Origin: a virus
Virus record (IMG/VR): IMGVR_UViG_3300014293_000001
Span: 1-64,000 of that record
Strand: one strand, 5' to 3'
Length of the DNA: 64,000 nucleotides
This document shows, piece by piece, positions 28,702 to 39,307 of the stretch (its first letter is position 1; the number at the start of each line of letters is the position of its first letter). A program made the translations under genes and the position numbers. The notes below the pieces were generated by a model. That model did no database searches. It was not told the origin of the DNA and worked only from the letters and a program-made list of their open reading frames with translations.

Positions 28702-29283
28702 ATGAGCAAATATATCATACACAAAATACCTGTAGATATTAGCGATGATAAACGTGAAGAATATATTCAATATATGAAAAATATATCAAATAATGATAGA
28801 AATGCGTATTTTGTTTCACTATCAAAATATGGTAATTATTTAATTATTGATATTTCCGAAACATCGGAACCTGTTTTACAGATTAAAACTATGTTACTAG
28901 GAGAAAGAGAATTTATTAAATCTATTAGCCATGAAATATTACAAATTTCATACGATAAAGACAGTAATGGTATGTTTATAAAAAAAATGATGATACACCC
29001 TATGTTAAATGGGTTTTCAATGTCAAGTCCATATGCATACTATTATTTTAGAAATAATAATGAAGAATCTCAAATTAGGATAGTTGAAAAAAGTATAGTA
29101 CCACTTGCACTATATACTGGACACATTGAAAAAATATTAATGCCAAGCTCTAGGGTATGTGAAAGTGAAGTGGCTGAACTTAAAAAATTAATTCAAGAAT
29201 ATGAGTATTCTATATACCGCTATATGATTTGCAATATTATTCAAAATCATTGTGATGTAGAAAAATATGAGGTAAATATATGA
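28702..29283 (+). CDS. hypothetical protein
   Basis: AAAGGAG SD; 193 aa. Confidence 0.65.
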   Translation: MSKYIIHKIPVDISDDKREEYIQYMKNISNNDRNAYFVSLSKYGNYLIIDISETSEPVLQIKTMLLGEREFIKSISHEILQISYDKDSNGMFIKKMMIHPMLNGFSMSSPYAYYYFRNNNEESQIRIVEKSIVPLALYTGHIEKILMPSSRVCESEVAELKKLIQEYEYSIYRYMICNIIQNHCDVEKYEVNI

Positions 29284-32198
29284 ATTTTACAGATTTACAT
29301 AGTCATAGCTTTTATAGTAGGCGTGATGCATATTCATCTTTAGAAGAACGCATACAACGTGCTAAAGAAATAGGATATTCAGCTGTATCTTTAACAGACC
29401 ACGGTACTACATCAGGTTTAACTTCTCACTATTTAGCTTGTCAACAAGCTGGTATTAAACCCATTCTTGGTATGGAAGCATATTTTTCATATGATTTAGA
29501 TATTAAAACACGTGATAGTTACCACCTTATTTTGTTGGCAAAAAATACAGAAGGTTTATATAACTTGCGTAGATTATCTACATTTGGTGCTTATCATCAT
29601 TACTATAAACCATTAATTGATTATAATGCTTTACGGCAATATAGTAATGGCATTATTGTTAGTACTGCTTGTGTAGCTGGTCCATTGCGTAATGAATTAT
29701 TACGAGACGAATTTGTTGAAATCATGACTGATATTTTTAAAGATGATTTCTATTTAGAGGTACAGCCACATGATTTTCCATTACAATGGGAATATAATAA
29801 AATTGTAGAAGAACTTGGTAAACAATATAATATTCCTATCATCGTTACTGGTGATAGTCATTATGCTTATCCAAAACAAATGCAGTCTCATCGTGATTTC
29901 TTATTATTAGATAGAACACTAGCTGATAAAAAGGCACAAATTGACGATGCTTATACTGAAAAAGCTAAAGAGAAATACCAAGAAGAATATAATCATATGT
30001 TAGAATACTATGGTAGTCGTGATTACCATATGTGGACTATTGATGAATTTAAAGCTGTAATTCCTAATCAAGAATACTATGATAATGTTGGTAAAATCAT
30101 TGATAAGTGTAATGTAGAAATACCATTTGGTGAAAACCATTATCCTGTATTCCCTGTTAAAGACCCTGCTAAATACGTAAGAGACCATTGTGCAGATGGA
30201 TATAAACTACATCGTATTGCAAAGAAAGGCAATAAGGATGTATACGTGAACCAAATAACACATGAATTATCCGTATTAAATCAGCTTAATTATAACAATT
30301 ATTTTTGTATTATCCATGATATGTTACAATGGGCAAAACGAAATGGTATGAGAACTGGTGCAGGTCGTGGTTCTGTTTGTGGTAGTTTAGTTGCATATTT
30401 AATGGGGATAACAGAAATTGACCCAATTCAATATAACCTTGTATTTGAAAGATTTGCTAACCCTGAGCGTGTTACCAACCCAGATATAGATTGTGATTTC
30501 CAACAAAGTAGACGGCAAGAAATTATTAAATATGTACAAGATAAATATGGTTATGCATACCCTGTTAGAACATTTGGCTTCCTAGGTCCAAAAGCGGCAG
30601 TGCAACATGCTGGCAGAGTACTTGGTCGTAAAGCATCTGATATGACTGCTATATCTAAAAATATCAATGATATCGTAGATATTAAAGATAAAGAAGTTAG
30701 AGAAATGGCTAGCACAGTAGTGAATCGTTTAGTAAACTATGGTACTCATGCTAGTGCAGTAGCCGTATTCCCTATCGACCCTGCTCAATGGTGTGCTATC
30801 GAGTATCAAGATGGGCAATATGTAGCGGCAGAAGATTTCCATATCTTAGAAAAACAAGGTATTCTTAAATTAGATATTCTTGGTTTAGCTACATTAGATA
30901 TTATTGATGATGTGTTAAAGCGTGTCAAAGATTGTGATATACATTCCATCCCTTTACAAGATGACAAGACTGCACAATTATTACAATCTGGTAATACTAC
31001 TGGAATATTCCAAATTGAGTCTGATGTAATGACTAATATTGTAACTAATATCCATTCTAAAAGTGTATATGATTTAGTTGATACCGTAGCTATAGGAAGA
31101 CCGGGAGTATTAGATGTAGGAATGGATAAAGTATTTATAGCACGTAGGCAGGGTAAAGAGCCTGTTAAATATTTACACCCATTACTTGAGCCAATTCTAA
31201 AAGATACAGAAGGTGTTATCTTATATCAAGAGCAAATAATGCAAATTGTGCAAGCATTGGCAGGATATACAATGGGTGAAGCAGATACTCTTAGACGTAT
31301 TATTGGGCGTAAAGAATTGGATAAAATTAATACAGCTGTTGATGAGTTTGTTGAGCGTGCAGGCAAGAATGGTATTAGTGAAGATGTTATTCGTCCTATT
31401 GCAGAACAAATGATTGCTTGTGGTTCTTATGTATTTAATAGAGGTCATAGTGCAGCATATGGTTTAACTGCATGGCGATGTGCTTATTTAAAAGCTCATT
31501 ACCCAGAAGCGTATTATGCATCTATTCTTGATATGAATTTTGGAGATAAAGAAAAGCTATCAGTGTTTATTAATGATGCCAAGAAACATGGTATTAATAT
31601 TATACCACCTGATATATATGGTGATATAAAATGTACTACAGGTAAAAATATTGTATGTTTAGGGTTAGGTGCTATAGCAGGATGTAGTAATTTACACGCA
31701 TTTAAATTTGAGCGTGGTAAAGCATTTTTAGAACTCAACCAAACAATGAACATGACACAACTCAAAGGTTTAATTTATAGTGGTGCTATTGATGATGGCG
31801 GTGATAGAAATGATTACATACAATATATTAAATGGTTAAAAGATAAACGTAAATCTAAAGGTGAATACGTATTTGATGCAAATCATAAAGATAATCTAAG
31901 TAAAGGTGCAATGGAATTATCTGTATTAGGTTATACATTCCATAGTATTTTTGATGAATACGATACAAGTATCTGCGTAGGAAATGTTAAACCAGCCATT
32001 ATCTTATCTGTTACAGCACGGAAAACTAAGAAAGGTAAACCATATGCGTTCTTAACGGTGCAAACACCTACAGGTGTAGAAAAATTAGTAACATTTGAAG
32101 TTGATTTTACTATGTTTACCAAAGGAAATGTATACGCACTACGAATTAGGGACGGCGTGGTGGTCGATGCCTGCTCAATAAACCGCTTGACCGCCTGA
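29280..32198 (+). CDS. DNA polymerase III alpha (DnaE-type) replicative polymerase
   Basis: N-terminal PHP motifs (DLHSHSFYS...SLTDHGT), GRPG, and YQEQIMQIV...GEADTLRRIIGRK. Confidence 0.85.
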   Translation: MNFTDLHSHSFYSRRDAYSSLEERIQRAKEIGYSAVSLTDHGTTSGLTSHYLACQQAGIKPILGMEAYFSYDLDIKTRDSYHLILLAKNTEGLYNLRRLSTFGAYHHYYKPLIDYNALRQYSNGIIVSTACVAGPLRNELLRDEFVEIMTDIFKDDFYLEVQPHDFPLQWEYNKIVEELGKQYNIPIIVTGDSHYAYPKQMQSHRDFLLLDRTLADKKAQIDDAYTEKAKEKYQEEYNHMLEYYGSRDYHMWTIDEFKAVIPNQEYYDNVGKIIDKCNVEIPFGENHYPVFPVKDPAKYVRDHCADGYKLHRIAKKGNKDVYVNQITHELSVLNQLNYNNYFCIIHDMLQWAKRNGMRTGAGRGSVCGSLVAYLMGITEIDPIQYNLVFERFANPERVTNPDIDCDFQQSRRQEIIKYVQDKYGYAYPVRTFGFLGPKAAVQHAGRVLGRKASDMTAISKNINDIVDIKDKEVREMASTVVNRLVNYGTHASAVAVFPIDPAQWCAIEYQDGQYVAAEDFHILEKQGILKLDILGLATLDIIDDVLKRVKDCDIHSIPLQDDKTAQLLQSGNTTGIFQIESDVMTNIVTNIHSKSVYDLVDTVAIGRPGVLDVGMDKVFIARRQGKEPVKYLHPLLEPILKDTEGVILYQEQIMQIVQALAGYTMGEADTLRRIIGRKELDKINTAVDEFVERAGKNGISEDVIRPIAEQMIACGSYVFNRGHSAAYGLTAWRCAYLKAHYPEAYYASILDMNFGDKEKLSVFINDAKKHGINIIPPDIYGDIKCTTGKNIVCLGLGAIAGCSNLHAFKFERGKAFLELNQTMNMTQLKGLIYSGAIDDGGDRNDYIQYIKWLKDKRKSKGEYVFDANHKDNLSKGAMELSVLGYTFHSIFDEYDTSICVGNVKPAIILSVTARKTKKGKPYAFLTVQTPTGVEKLVTFEVDFTMFTKGNVYALRIRDGVVVDACSINRLTA

Positions 32199-32215
32199 CC
32201 GAGCCGTGCTACACT
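32187..32215 (+). promoter_or_regulatory. sigma70-type promoter with extended -10, overlapping the polymerase 3' end
   Basis: TTGACC (32187-92), 17-nt spacer, TGcTACACT (32207-15). Downstream leader GAGGTTGTCCACGAGGGG and a GGGGA-TAGCC-TCCCC hairpin at 32230-32244. Confidence 0.65.
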
Positions 32216-32277
32216 GAGGTTGTCCACGAGGGGATAGCCTCCCCGAATATTTATTTTATTTAAGAAAGGATAATACT

Positions 32278-32973
32278 ATGAAAGAAAAAACAGTAGAAGA
32301 AATCTTTGAACAATTAAGAGAACCTTTTCCTCCACAGGATATCCAATGGAGAATTGGACAAAAGTCTAAAGATGGAAAGAAAGCAATGGTATTACCATAT
32401 GTAACTAATCGTGCGATTATGGAACGTCTTGACCAAGTAGTTGGTGTTGGTAATTGGTTCCCAGAGTTTAGACCAGTAGATGCTGGTGGGGAACATGGTA
32501 TGATTTGCCGTTTAAATATCGTTATTTATACTGGTGATGAATTAGGATGGCGTACATTAACACGTGAAGATGGTGCAAGCAATACTAAGATTGAACCTAT
32601 TAAGGGTGGTATTTCTGATAGTATGAAACGTGCGGCTGTACAGTTTGGTATTGGTCGTTATCTATATAATTTAAAAGAAAGCTGGGTAGTACTTGGAGAC
32701 TATAATCGGTTTGACCCTCCTAATTTGCCTATTTGGGCTTTACCTAAAGGTTTCACAGGGGCACAAATACAAGGCACGGACGTTGAGTTGTATGACTCAA
32801 GAGAAACAAGTACGGCTACATCTGCTACGACATTTACACAAGGTAAATATGCGAATAAAGCGATTTCTGAAGTAAGTGATATACATTATTTGCGTTGGGT
32901 AGTAGAACAATCTAAGTTTAGTGCAGATACTAAGAAAGCTTGTCAAGAAAGATTAGGTGAATTGAATGGTTGA
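32278..32973 (+). CDS. Rad52/Rad22-type single-strand annealing protein
   Basis: Motifs REPFPPQDIQWRIGQ...YVTNRAIMERLD...GISDSMKRAAVQFGIGRYLYN. Confidence 0.75.
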   Translation: MKEKTVEEIFEQLREPFPPQDIQWRIGQKSKDGKKAMVLPYVTNRAIMERLDQVVGVGNWFPEFRPVDAGGEHGMICRLNIVIYTGDELGWRTLTREDGASNTKIEPIKGGISDSMKRAAVQFGIGRYLYNLKESWVVLGDYNRFDPPNLPIWALPKGFTGAQIQGTDVELYDSRETSTATSATTFTQGKYANKAISEVSDIHYLRWVVEQSKFSADTKKACQERLGELNG

Positions 32974-33238
32974 TAATTTAAACATTGACCTTAATGTATT
33001 TCATAAATACAAACCGTCGGTCGCTCTAGTGCATGGTTATATTAGGCAAGAAGCCAACGACCGTGGGTATACATTAGCTGGCAAAAAGTTTATCGTATTA
33101 ACAGCTGGTGAGATTGCAGAAGCTACTGGATTAAGTCGTATCACATCATGGCGTGCTATTAAAGTCTTGGTTGAAGATGGTCTTTTAGAACGTATTCAAA
33201 TTCAGGGTCCTCATAATATTTCATATGCGGTGATGTAA
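32966..33238 (+). CDS. winged-helix DNA-binding protein
   Basis: 90 aa. LTAGEIAEATGLSRITSWRAIKVLVEDGLLER is an HTH plus wing pattern. Confidence 0.6.
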   Translation: MVDNLNIDLNVFHKYKPSVALVHGYIRQEANDRGYTLAGKKFIVLTAGEIAEATGLSRITSWRAIKVLVEDGLLERIQIQGPHNISYAVM

Positions 33239-33567
33239 TGGCTAAGAAGTTTAACATTTTTGACAGAATAACTAGGTTATACATGGAGAAATGTTCTACT
33301 GAACCTATATTTATTAATAGGAGGTTCAACCCCTCCTATTTTAAATTAAGGGCACACTTTTATAAACAAGACGAAAATACTCTTGATAAATTATTACGAT
33401 ACCTAGAAGATAAGCCAAAGAAAAGCATTATGACATTAACAGATGTGTATCACGAGGCTGAACAGTATAGATTGTATCGTATTAAAAAATATCACGAGAA
33501 AGAAATGAAATCAATAAAAGTGGAACGTGTTGATGGTTATAGCCTAGACGATGTATTAAATTTATGA
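33238..33567 (+). CDS. hypothetical protein
   Basis: TAATG overlap; 109 aa. Confidence 0.6.
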   Translation: MAKKFNIFDRITRLYMEKCSTEPIFINRRFNPSYFKLRAHFYKQDENTLDKLLRYLEDKPKKSIMTLTDVYHEAEQYRLYRIKKYHEKEMKSIKVERVDGYSLDDVLNL

Positions 33568-33574
33568 GGTGTAT

Positions 33575-35554
33575 ATGAATATTACAGAAACTATAATTCA
33601 ACAAGTAGATATTATAGATTTCATTGGCAAATACACTAATTTACACCAAAGTGGAAGATATTGGAAAGGTAAGTGTCCTTTACACGAAAGTGATGATACA
33701 TCTGAGACGTTAGTTGTATTCCCTGATACAAATTCATTCTATTGTTTTAGTTGTGAATGTGGTGGCTCTGTAATTAATTTCTTATCTGATAAAGAAAAAG
33801 TTAGTTATCGTGCAGCTACAGAAATACTAGCAAAAGAATGCAATATTAGCTTAAAGGATAATAAGGAGTACCAACTTGAAGCTAGTGAAGAAATGCGTTT
33901 CACTAGAGAAGCAGATATGTATCATAAAAATGTAGGTGCTATTGGTGAGTACTTAGCTAAACGTGGTTTAACTAATAGTACTATTAACGATTTTAATTTA
34001 GGTTTTCATGCTGATTGCTTAACAATTCCATTAAGGAATGAGCACGGACAATACGTTAGTATGGCTATTAGACAATTTAATAAGAAGCCTAAATACAAAA
34101 ATACACCAAATAGTATTCTATATAAGAAATCATCTTTCCTATTTAATCTTGATTTAGCAAGAAAGAAAATTAAAGATAGATTGTATGTATGCGAAGGATA
34201 TATGGATGCAATGAGCGGTCATCAAATGGGCGAACCTACAGTAGCTTATTGTGGTAGTGAATTACATAGAGACCAAATTAGAAAGCTGGCAGGTTTTATT
34301 CGTAAAGAAATTACGATTGTAATTTGTCCAGATAATGATGAAGCTGGTGTTAAACATTTACCAAGAACTAGAGACCACTTCCAATCTATGCTTCCAAAAG
34401 CCAATATACGTGTATTAATTATGCCAGAAGAATGCAAAGATATTAATGATTTGTTATGTGCAGGTTATGAACTTGCTGACTTGCCAACAGAACATATTGA
34501 TATTTTTGTTATTAAACAATTAGTAAAACGGTACAAAACAATTGAAGAACAATATGTTGTAGCAGAAGCATTTCTTAAAACAATACGTTCTCCTATGATT
34601 AGGGCAGAAGCTATTCAAGCATTAGGTGAAATTTGGAAACGTGATGTATCTGACTTAAAAGCATATTTTGATAGTGGTGTATCGTCTGAACAAGATTTAT
34701 TAGAAACATTGCATGACGCATCTAGTAGTCTTAATCAATTACGAGATATTTACAAACGTGGTACCTATCCAACACATTTTCAATTATTAGACAACTGTAT
34801 TGGTGGTGTATCAAAAGGGCAAGTATTCTTGATTGGTGCTTATTCGTCATCGGGCAAAAGTGATATTGCTATTGAATATATATTACGACAGATAGTCCAG
34901 AATAAAGCTAATGTGGTATTTTTTAGTTTAGAAATGCCACGTGGTAAAATTATGGAACGTATTGTATGCAAGATACTCAAGAAGCGTATAGCAGAAGTTA
35001 AAGAACTCATTATACAAGGAGACCCTTTGGTCAATCAAGTACTTGACAAAATAGGTAAGAAATTGTATATTGTAGATGAGAATAATTTATCTATGCATGA
35101 TATTGAGCGTTATATTAATACAATTAACACTCGTAATATTATGGAAGGTGGCGTTGATGTTATCGTTGTTGATTATTTCACTTACTTAAAAGGTGCAGGT
35201 GATTATGATGGTGCAAGCGAACAAGCCTTGATGATGAAAGGTATTGCAAAACGATACAACGTAATTTTTACAATGTTGTCTCAGCTCAATCGTAGTGGTA
35301 ATACATACGAAGAACCAACAATGAACCAGTTAAGAATGACTGGTGATTTAGAGGCATCTGCTGACTATATTCTAATGATATGGAGACCTGATAGGGCACC
35401 TAATTTATCGTTAGAGAAACAGCAAGAACTTCGTAATATTACACGATGTAAAGTAGAGAAAGCACGTGATGGTATGAATGGTCCGCCAATGTTTGAGTTA
35501 AAATATGATGTGAATACTTCACGATTAGAAGAAGTGTTGACAACTGACAATTAA
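33575..35554 (+). CDS. bifunctional primase-helicase (DnaG-type primase + DnaB-like helicase)
   Basis: CHC2 zinc finger (CPLHESDD...FYCFSCECGG), TOPRIM motifs (CEGYMDAMS, CPDNDEAG), Walker A (GAYSSSGKSD) and Walker B (VIVVDYF). The start may instead be GTG 33569. Confidence 0.85.
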   Translation: MNITETIIQQVDIIDFIGKYTNLHQSGRYWKGKCPLHESDDTSETLVVFPDTNSFYCFSCECGGSVINFLSDKEKVSYRAATEILAKECNISLKDNKEYQLEASEEMRFTREADMYHKNVGAIGEYLAKRGLTNSTINDFNLGFHADCLTIPLRNEHGQYVSMAIRQFNKKPKYKNTPNSILYKKSSFLFNLDLARKKIKDRLYVCEGYMDAMSGHQMGEPTVAYCGSELHRDQIRKLAGFIRKEITIVICPDNDEAGVKHLPRTRDHFQSMLPKANIRVLIMPEECKDINDLLCAGYELADLPTEHIDIFVIKQLVKRYKTIEEQYVVAEAFLKTIRSPMIRAEAIQALGEIWKRDVSDLKAYFDSGVSSEQDLLETLHDASSSLNQLRDIYKRGTYPTHFQLLDNCIGGVSKGQVFLIGAYSSSGKSDIAIEYILRQIVQNKANVVFFSLEMPRGKIMERIVCKILKKRIAEVKELIIQGDPLVNQVLDKIGKKLYIVDENNLSMHDIERYINTINTRNIMEGGVDVIVVDYFTYLKGAGDYDGASEQALMMKGIAKRYNVIFTMLSQLNRSGNTYEEPTMNQLRMTGDLEASADYILMIWRPDRAPNLSLEKQQELRNITRCKVEKARDGMNGPPMFELKYDVNTSRLEEVLTTDN

Positions 35555-35586
35555 TATGTTATATTATATATAGAAAGGTTAATGAA

Positions 35587-36501
35587 ATGCCATATACACT
35601 ATACAAATGCCCTGATGGAGAACTAACAAATATAGAAGATTGCCTTTCTAAATGTAGATTATGTGGTGAATATGATAGTAATGGAGAACCTTGGGTACCT
35701 GCTGGTAGATGTATGAGCCTACAAACACTACGTGCCATTTCAGAACAGCGTAAATGGACAGGTAAACCATCTACTACACAACTACTCAAAGGTACTCGTG
35801 AAGTTTTTTTAGAACTCACACAAAATTATCATATCTCACCTAAAGATTCTGTATTTATGTTATTTGGTACAGAAGTACATGGTGGTTTAGAAAGTCATGC
35901 TATTAATGCTAACGGTGAAGTTGCTGAAATACGTATTGAAGATGATTATTCAACTGGTGCGTTTGACTATTACACACCAGAAAATGGTGGAACATTAGTT
36001 GATACTAAGACATATGGTAGTTATAAAGCAGCTCATACTCTTGGGTATTACATGAAGAAAGAAGAAACTGACTATATCTACAAATCTGGACAGAAGAAAG
36101 GTCAGAAGAAAACTATTAATGTGTTATACAAAGACGGTCCGCATTTAAGATTTGACTTAGCAGTACAGCTAAATGATTATCGTATGAAGATTGAGAATAA
36201 ACTCGGTTTACCAGTAGCTAATATGTGTTGTCAAATTTTAGTGCGTGACGGTAATACTCATGTGGCAACTAGCCGTGGTATTACAGAGCCAAGTTATTTA
36301 GTCCCGATTAATAAAATCTCAGATATTTGGGTCGAAAGATATATGAGAAAGAAAAGTCAGGACTTAATATATGCATTAGAACATAACGTATTACCTCCTC
36401 CATGTAGGCATAGAGAAACATGGGGTGGTAGAAAATGTAAAGATTATTGTAATGTATGGAATTTTTGTGAAGAAGGAAGGAAAGCACATGGAATTCAGTA
36501 A
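35587..36501 (+). CDS. PD-(D/E)XK nuclease, Cas4/RecB-like with Cys cluster
   Basis: VDTKT core, N-terminal CLSKCRLC and C-terminal C-x12-C-x3-C-x5-C. Confidence 0.6.
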   Translation: MPYTLYKCPDGELTNIEDCLSKCRLCGEYDSNGEPWVPAGRCMSLQTLRAISEQRKWTGKPSTTQLLKGTREVFLELTQNYHISPKDSVFMLFGTEVHGGLESHAINANGEVAEIRIEDDYSTGAFDYYTPENGGTLVDTKTYGSYKAAHTLGYYMKKEETDYIYKSGQKKGQKKTINVLYKDGPHLRFDLAVQLNDYRMKIENKLGLPVANMCCQILVRDGNTHVATSRGITEPSYLVPINKISDIWVERYMRKKSQDLIYALEHNVLPPPCRHRETWGGRKCKDYCNVWNFCEEGRKAHGIQ

Positions 36502-36877
36502 AGGTTATTTAAAAGTAATTACAAACAAAGACGGTTATAAAGTTGATATTGATGGTATTACACCTCAAGAATTGACTGTTATTTATTCTAGTATCATTGC
36601 ACAACATTTTGGTTTAGATACAGAAGAATTTATGGACGTAATGTTGTCTCATCTTGAAAAAACACTTGATGATATTGAAAATGAACCAGTATATGAAGAC
36701 CCTAATGAAGCTGGTTATGATGCATTCACTGGTGAACCTATCGAAGAAGATGATGATGAATTTGAATGTGATTGTGAATTAGGTATTTGCTATGATACTA
36801 ATGGTTGCGAAGTTTCATTTGAAGATTTACCAAAAGAAGTGCAAGCAATGTTGTTAGCAGTAGCTGAGGAACTATAA
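36488..36877 (+). CDS. acidic hypothetical protein
   Basis: ATG 36488 follows GAAGGAAGGAAAG; the track start 36425 is upstream. 129 aa with an acidic, Cys-containing C-half. Confidence 0.6.
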   Translation: MEFSKGYLKVITNKDGYKVDIDGITPQELTVIYSSIIAQHFGLDTEEFMDVMLSHLEKTLDDIENEPVYEDPNEAGYDAFTGEPIEEDDDEFECDCELGICYDTNGCEVSFEDLPKEVQAMLLAVAEEL

Positions 36878-37197
36878 TGGAAACTAAAGATTTTACTAAT
36901 AAACTCAATACGATTATCGACCTATTCGTAAAGAAAAGTGAACAATACTCTAATGGTAAAGATATTCTATCTGCTTTCCGCAAAGCTGGTTTTGTTCATG
37001 GTGATGGTAGTGTAAAATCTATGTTTGAAGCTATGTTGGTTTATAAAGGTAAACATGATTTAGCATTAGCTGAACATGGACTTGACCTACCTGATGCTCA
37101 AGAACGATTACATGATATTATTGTTTATTGTGTATTAGGGAGTTTGATGATTGACGAAATGCAAAGTAAAGACAAATTGCAAAGTTCCAAAGGATAG
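36877..37197 (+). CDS. hypothetical protein, possibly MazG-like/DUF1599-type helical protein
   Basis: 106 aa. The pattern SEQYSNGKD.LSAFRK...KGKHDLA...ERLHDIIVYCVL gives only weak motif-level similarity. Confidence 0.55.
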   Translation: METKDFTNKLNTIIDLFVKKSEQYSNGKDILSAFRKAGFVHGDGSVKSMFEAMLVYKGKHDLALAEHGLDLPDAQERLHDIIVYCVLGSLMIDEMQSKDKLQSSKG

Positions 37198-37825
37198 TTG
37201 TTGGTATTGCGATAACTATAATTTGTATCAACCTAAAAACCCTAATATTTTATCACCTCGTCAAGAACAACAAAAACTTGAATATAAGTTAGCAAAAAAG
37301 GTTAAGAAGCAGACTACAGCAAGTAAGAGAGGCAAGGCTAACCGTCGTAACGGTAGAAAAGCAGAAAATGATTTGCTTAAATATTTACAATCTCTACATC
37401 TTACAGTACATGCGGTACCTGCTTCTGGTGCCTTTAAACTAACAAATGCTATTAAAGGCTACGGAGATAGTGAAATAGCTAAGCGTATGTCAGGTGATTT
37501 GAAGTGGGATATTGGAGATAAAATATATACCATTGAGAGTAAACGTGATGTAAATACAGATGGATTATATAAGAAAGCTGAAGATGGTCCTATCCATTAC
37601 ACAGGTTTTGCTTATATGTTGCGTCAAGATTTATTTGAAGCGTTAATCAATAAGGTGGAGTTTGGTGATGCAATTCCTAAAGAACCTAAAGGTCTTAAAA
37701 AAATTGAAAAATATTTTAATCAGGATAATAGTGATATGGTTGTAATTAGTAGACCATATTTACCTAGATTATTTTTTATTAAAGAGGAGTTATACAATGC
37801 AATCAAAAGAGAAGAAATACTTTAA
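37151..37825 (+). CDS. Holliday-junction resolvase, Hjc (archaeal) type, with N-terminal Cys motif
   Basis: KRGKANRRNGRKAENDLLKYL...VHAVPASGA...IESKRD parallels the Hjc KRKGS.ER...RAPASGS...E.K core. TTG start after AGGGAG. Confidence 0.65.
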   Translation: MTKCKVKTNCKVPKDSCWYCDNYNLYQPKNPNILSPRQEQQKLEYKLAKKVKKQTTASKRGKANRRNGRKAENDLLKYLQSLHLTVHAVPASGAFKLTNAIKGYGDSEIAKRMSGDLKWDIGDKIYTIESKRDVNTDGLYKKAEDGPIHYTGFAYMLRQDLFEALINKVEFGDAIPKEPKGLKKIEKYFNQDNSDMVVISRPYLPRLFFIKEELYNAIKREEIL

Positions 37826-38045
37826 TATTATGTTAAGTGAAGACGAAATTATAACATTTGATACAAATATTGCACAGTCTGGTACATTGTTAAAAGTAAT
37901 TGCTACAGCCAATGCGGCTACAATTAATATTTTAACGGAAGCAACTGGTCGTGAAGATATTGCTGAAATGCTAGTTCAGGCAACATTGGTAGCATTAGAT
38001 GACATTCAGAAAAAAGAAGGTGGTGAAGCTGATGAAAGTAATTAA
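37797..38045 (+). CDS. hypothetical protein
   Basis: AAAGAGGAG SD; 82 aa. Confidence 0.6.
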   Translation: MQSKEKKYFNIMLSEDEIITFDTNIAQSGTLLKVIATANAATINILTEATGREDIAEMLVQATLVALDDIQKKEGGEADESN

Positions 38046-38283
38046 TGAAACATTTGATAAAATTTTAGATTGTCAATCCATCTTCATTTCAGCTGTATAT
38101 GATGATGAAGATAAAAACCTTATTTTAGGTTATAATGTCAAAGGTTCTTTAACTAACGGTCGTACAGAAGTTATTGCTAAGTTTACTAACAAAGAGGACG
38201 CACAGCAACTAATTAAACATTTAACTGTAGATTTAGATGTATGTACTAGACCTAGTTATTTCAAAGAAAGACCACAGGCGTAA
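38032..38283 (+). CDS. hypothetical protein
   Basis: ATG 38032 follows GAAGGTGGTG; the track start 37999 is upstream. 83 aa. Confidence 0.55.
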   Translation: MKVINETFDKILDCQSIFISAVYDDEDKNLILGYNVKGSLTNGRTEVIAKFTNKEDAQQLIKHLTVDLDVCTRPSYFKERPQA

Positions 38284-38285
38284 TT

Positions 38286-38717
38286 ATGGTGCAATACGAA
38301 GACATTAAAGAATTATCTGATGAAATTAGTGATATGTATAGAACACTACAAGATAATGATGCTGATACTGCATTTTATTTAATGAAAGAGTCGTCTCTCT
38401 TGTTACCAAGTTTTGAGGAATTGTCTCATGAATTACTTAAATTATTAAGCAATTTGGAAAAGACTGCTAAGGCTACGCAAGCTACAGTAAGTAGAGAAAG
38501 TTCTAATAAGGTAACAGAGGGAGACCGTATTGCCATATCTGACCCAACCGTATTGCAAGCATGGAGCAATTATGCTGATATACAATACAAACAAAGGTTG
38601 GTACAAACACAAATAGATTTTCTGAAGCGTATTTACTTTGATTGTAAACTTGTTTATGAAAATGTATGTAGACAAAACAGAACAGTAGTGCATGAAAAGA
38701 TGGTGGGACATACATGA
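38286..38717 (+). CDS. hypothetical protein
   Basis: 143 aa, tightly packed against its neighbours. Confidence 0.6.
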   Translation: MVQYEDIKELSDEISDMYRTLQDNDADTAFYLMKESSLLLPSFEELSHELLKLLSNLEKTAKATQATVSRESSNKVTEGDRIAISDPTVLQAWSNYADIQYKQRLVQTQIDFLKRIYFDCKLVYENVCRQNRTVVHEKMVGHT

Positions 38718-38899
38718 CATTAAGAGAGTATAAAGTGGTATCACAATACGAAAATGCATTTATACAATATTGTACAGAACAGGCAATGTTATTAAGTATG
38801 GTCAATAATCAAGAAGTGTATCTATTATGTGATGCTGTACAAATGAAAGCATTAGTTTTAACGTATAATGGTAGGGTGTTAGGAAAATATGAGTACTAA
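38714..38899 (+). CDS. hypothetical protein
   Basis: ATGA overlap; 61 aa. Confidence 0.5.
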   Translation: MTLREYKVVSQYENAFIQYCTEQAMLLSMVNNQEVYLLCDAVQMKALVLTYNGRVLGKYEY

Positions 38900-39119
38900 A
38901 AATAGAGAGATTAAGCTAGGAACACATATTAATACACCTGATGGTGAAATACGTGTTGGTTTAGTTAAATATGACCCAAAGAAGGATAAATATTTTTATT
39001 CAGTATTTGGTAGTAAATCCAAATGGTATAGTGAAAAGGATGTGACAATATGCGAAAAACAACCGAAAGTAAGAAAGAGAAAATTATCAACTTCTGTAAA
39101 GAAAACAAAGATACGTTAG
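38889..39119 (+). CDS. hypothetical basic protein
   Basis: 76 aa with a K-rich C-terminus. Confidence 0.5.
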   Translation: MSTKNREIKLGTHINTPDGEIRVGLVKYDPKKDKYFYSVFGSKSKWYSEKDVTICEKQPKVRKRKLSTSVKKTKIR

Positions 39120-39307
39120 GTGAATTCATTGCCATTTTTGTTTTTGGTTTTATATCTATCGTTTTGTCAATGTTGAATTTGGATATGCCTCATGGTATTC
39201 AAATCATGTTATGTATTATCTTGTTTAATGTGTTATGGACACAATTTTATGCTCAACGTGCATATTATGAAATGAAAGAACTAAAAGAACAGGAGAAAAA
39301 GAAATGA
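39050..39307 (+). CDS. small membrane protein (start uncertain)
   Basis: 85 aa with two hydrophobic segments; 70-nt overlap with the upstream ORF. Confidence 0.45.
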   Translation: MRKTTESKKEKIINFCKENKDTLGEFIAIFVFGFISIVLSMLNLDMPHGIQIMLCIILFNVLWTQFYAQRAYYEMKELKEQEKKK

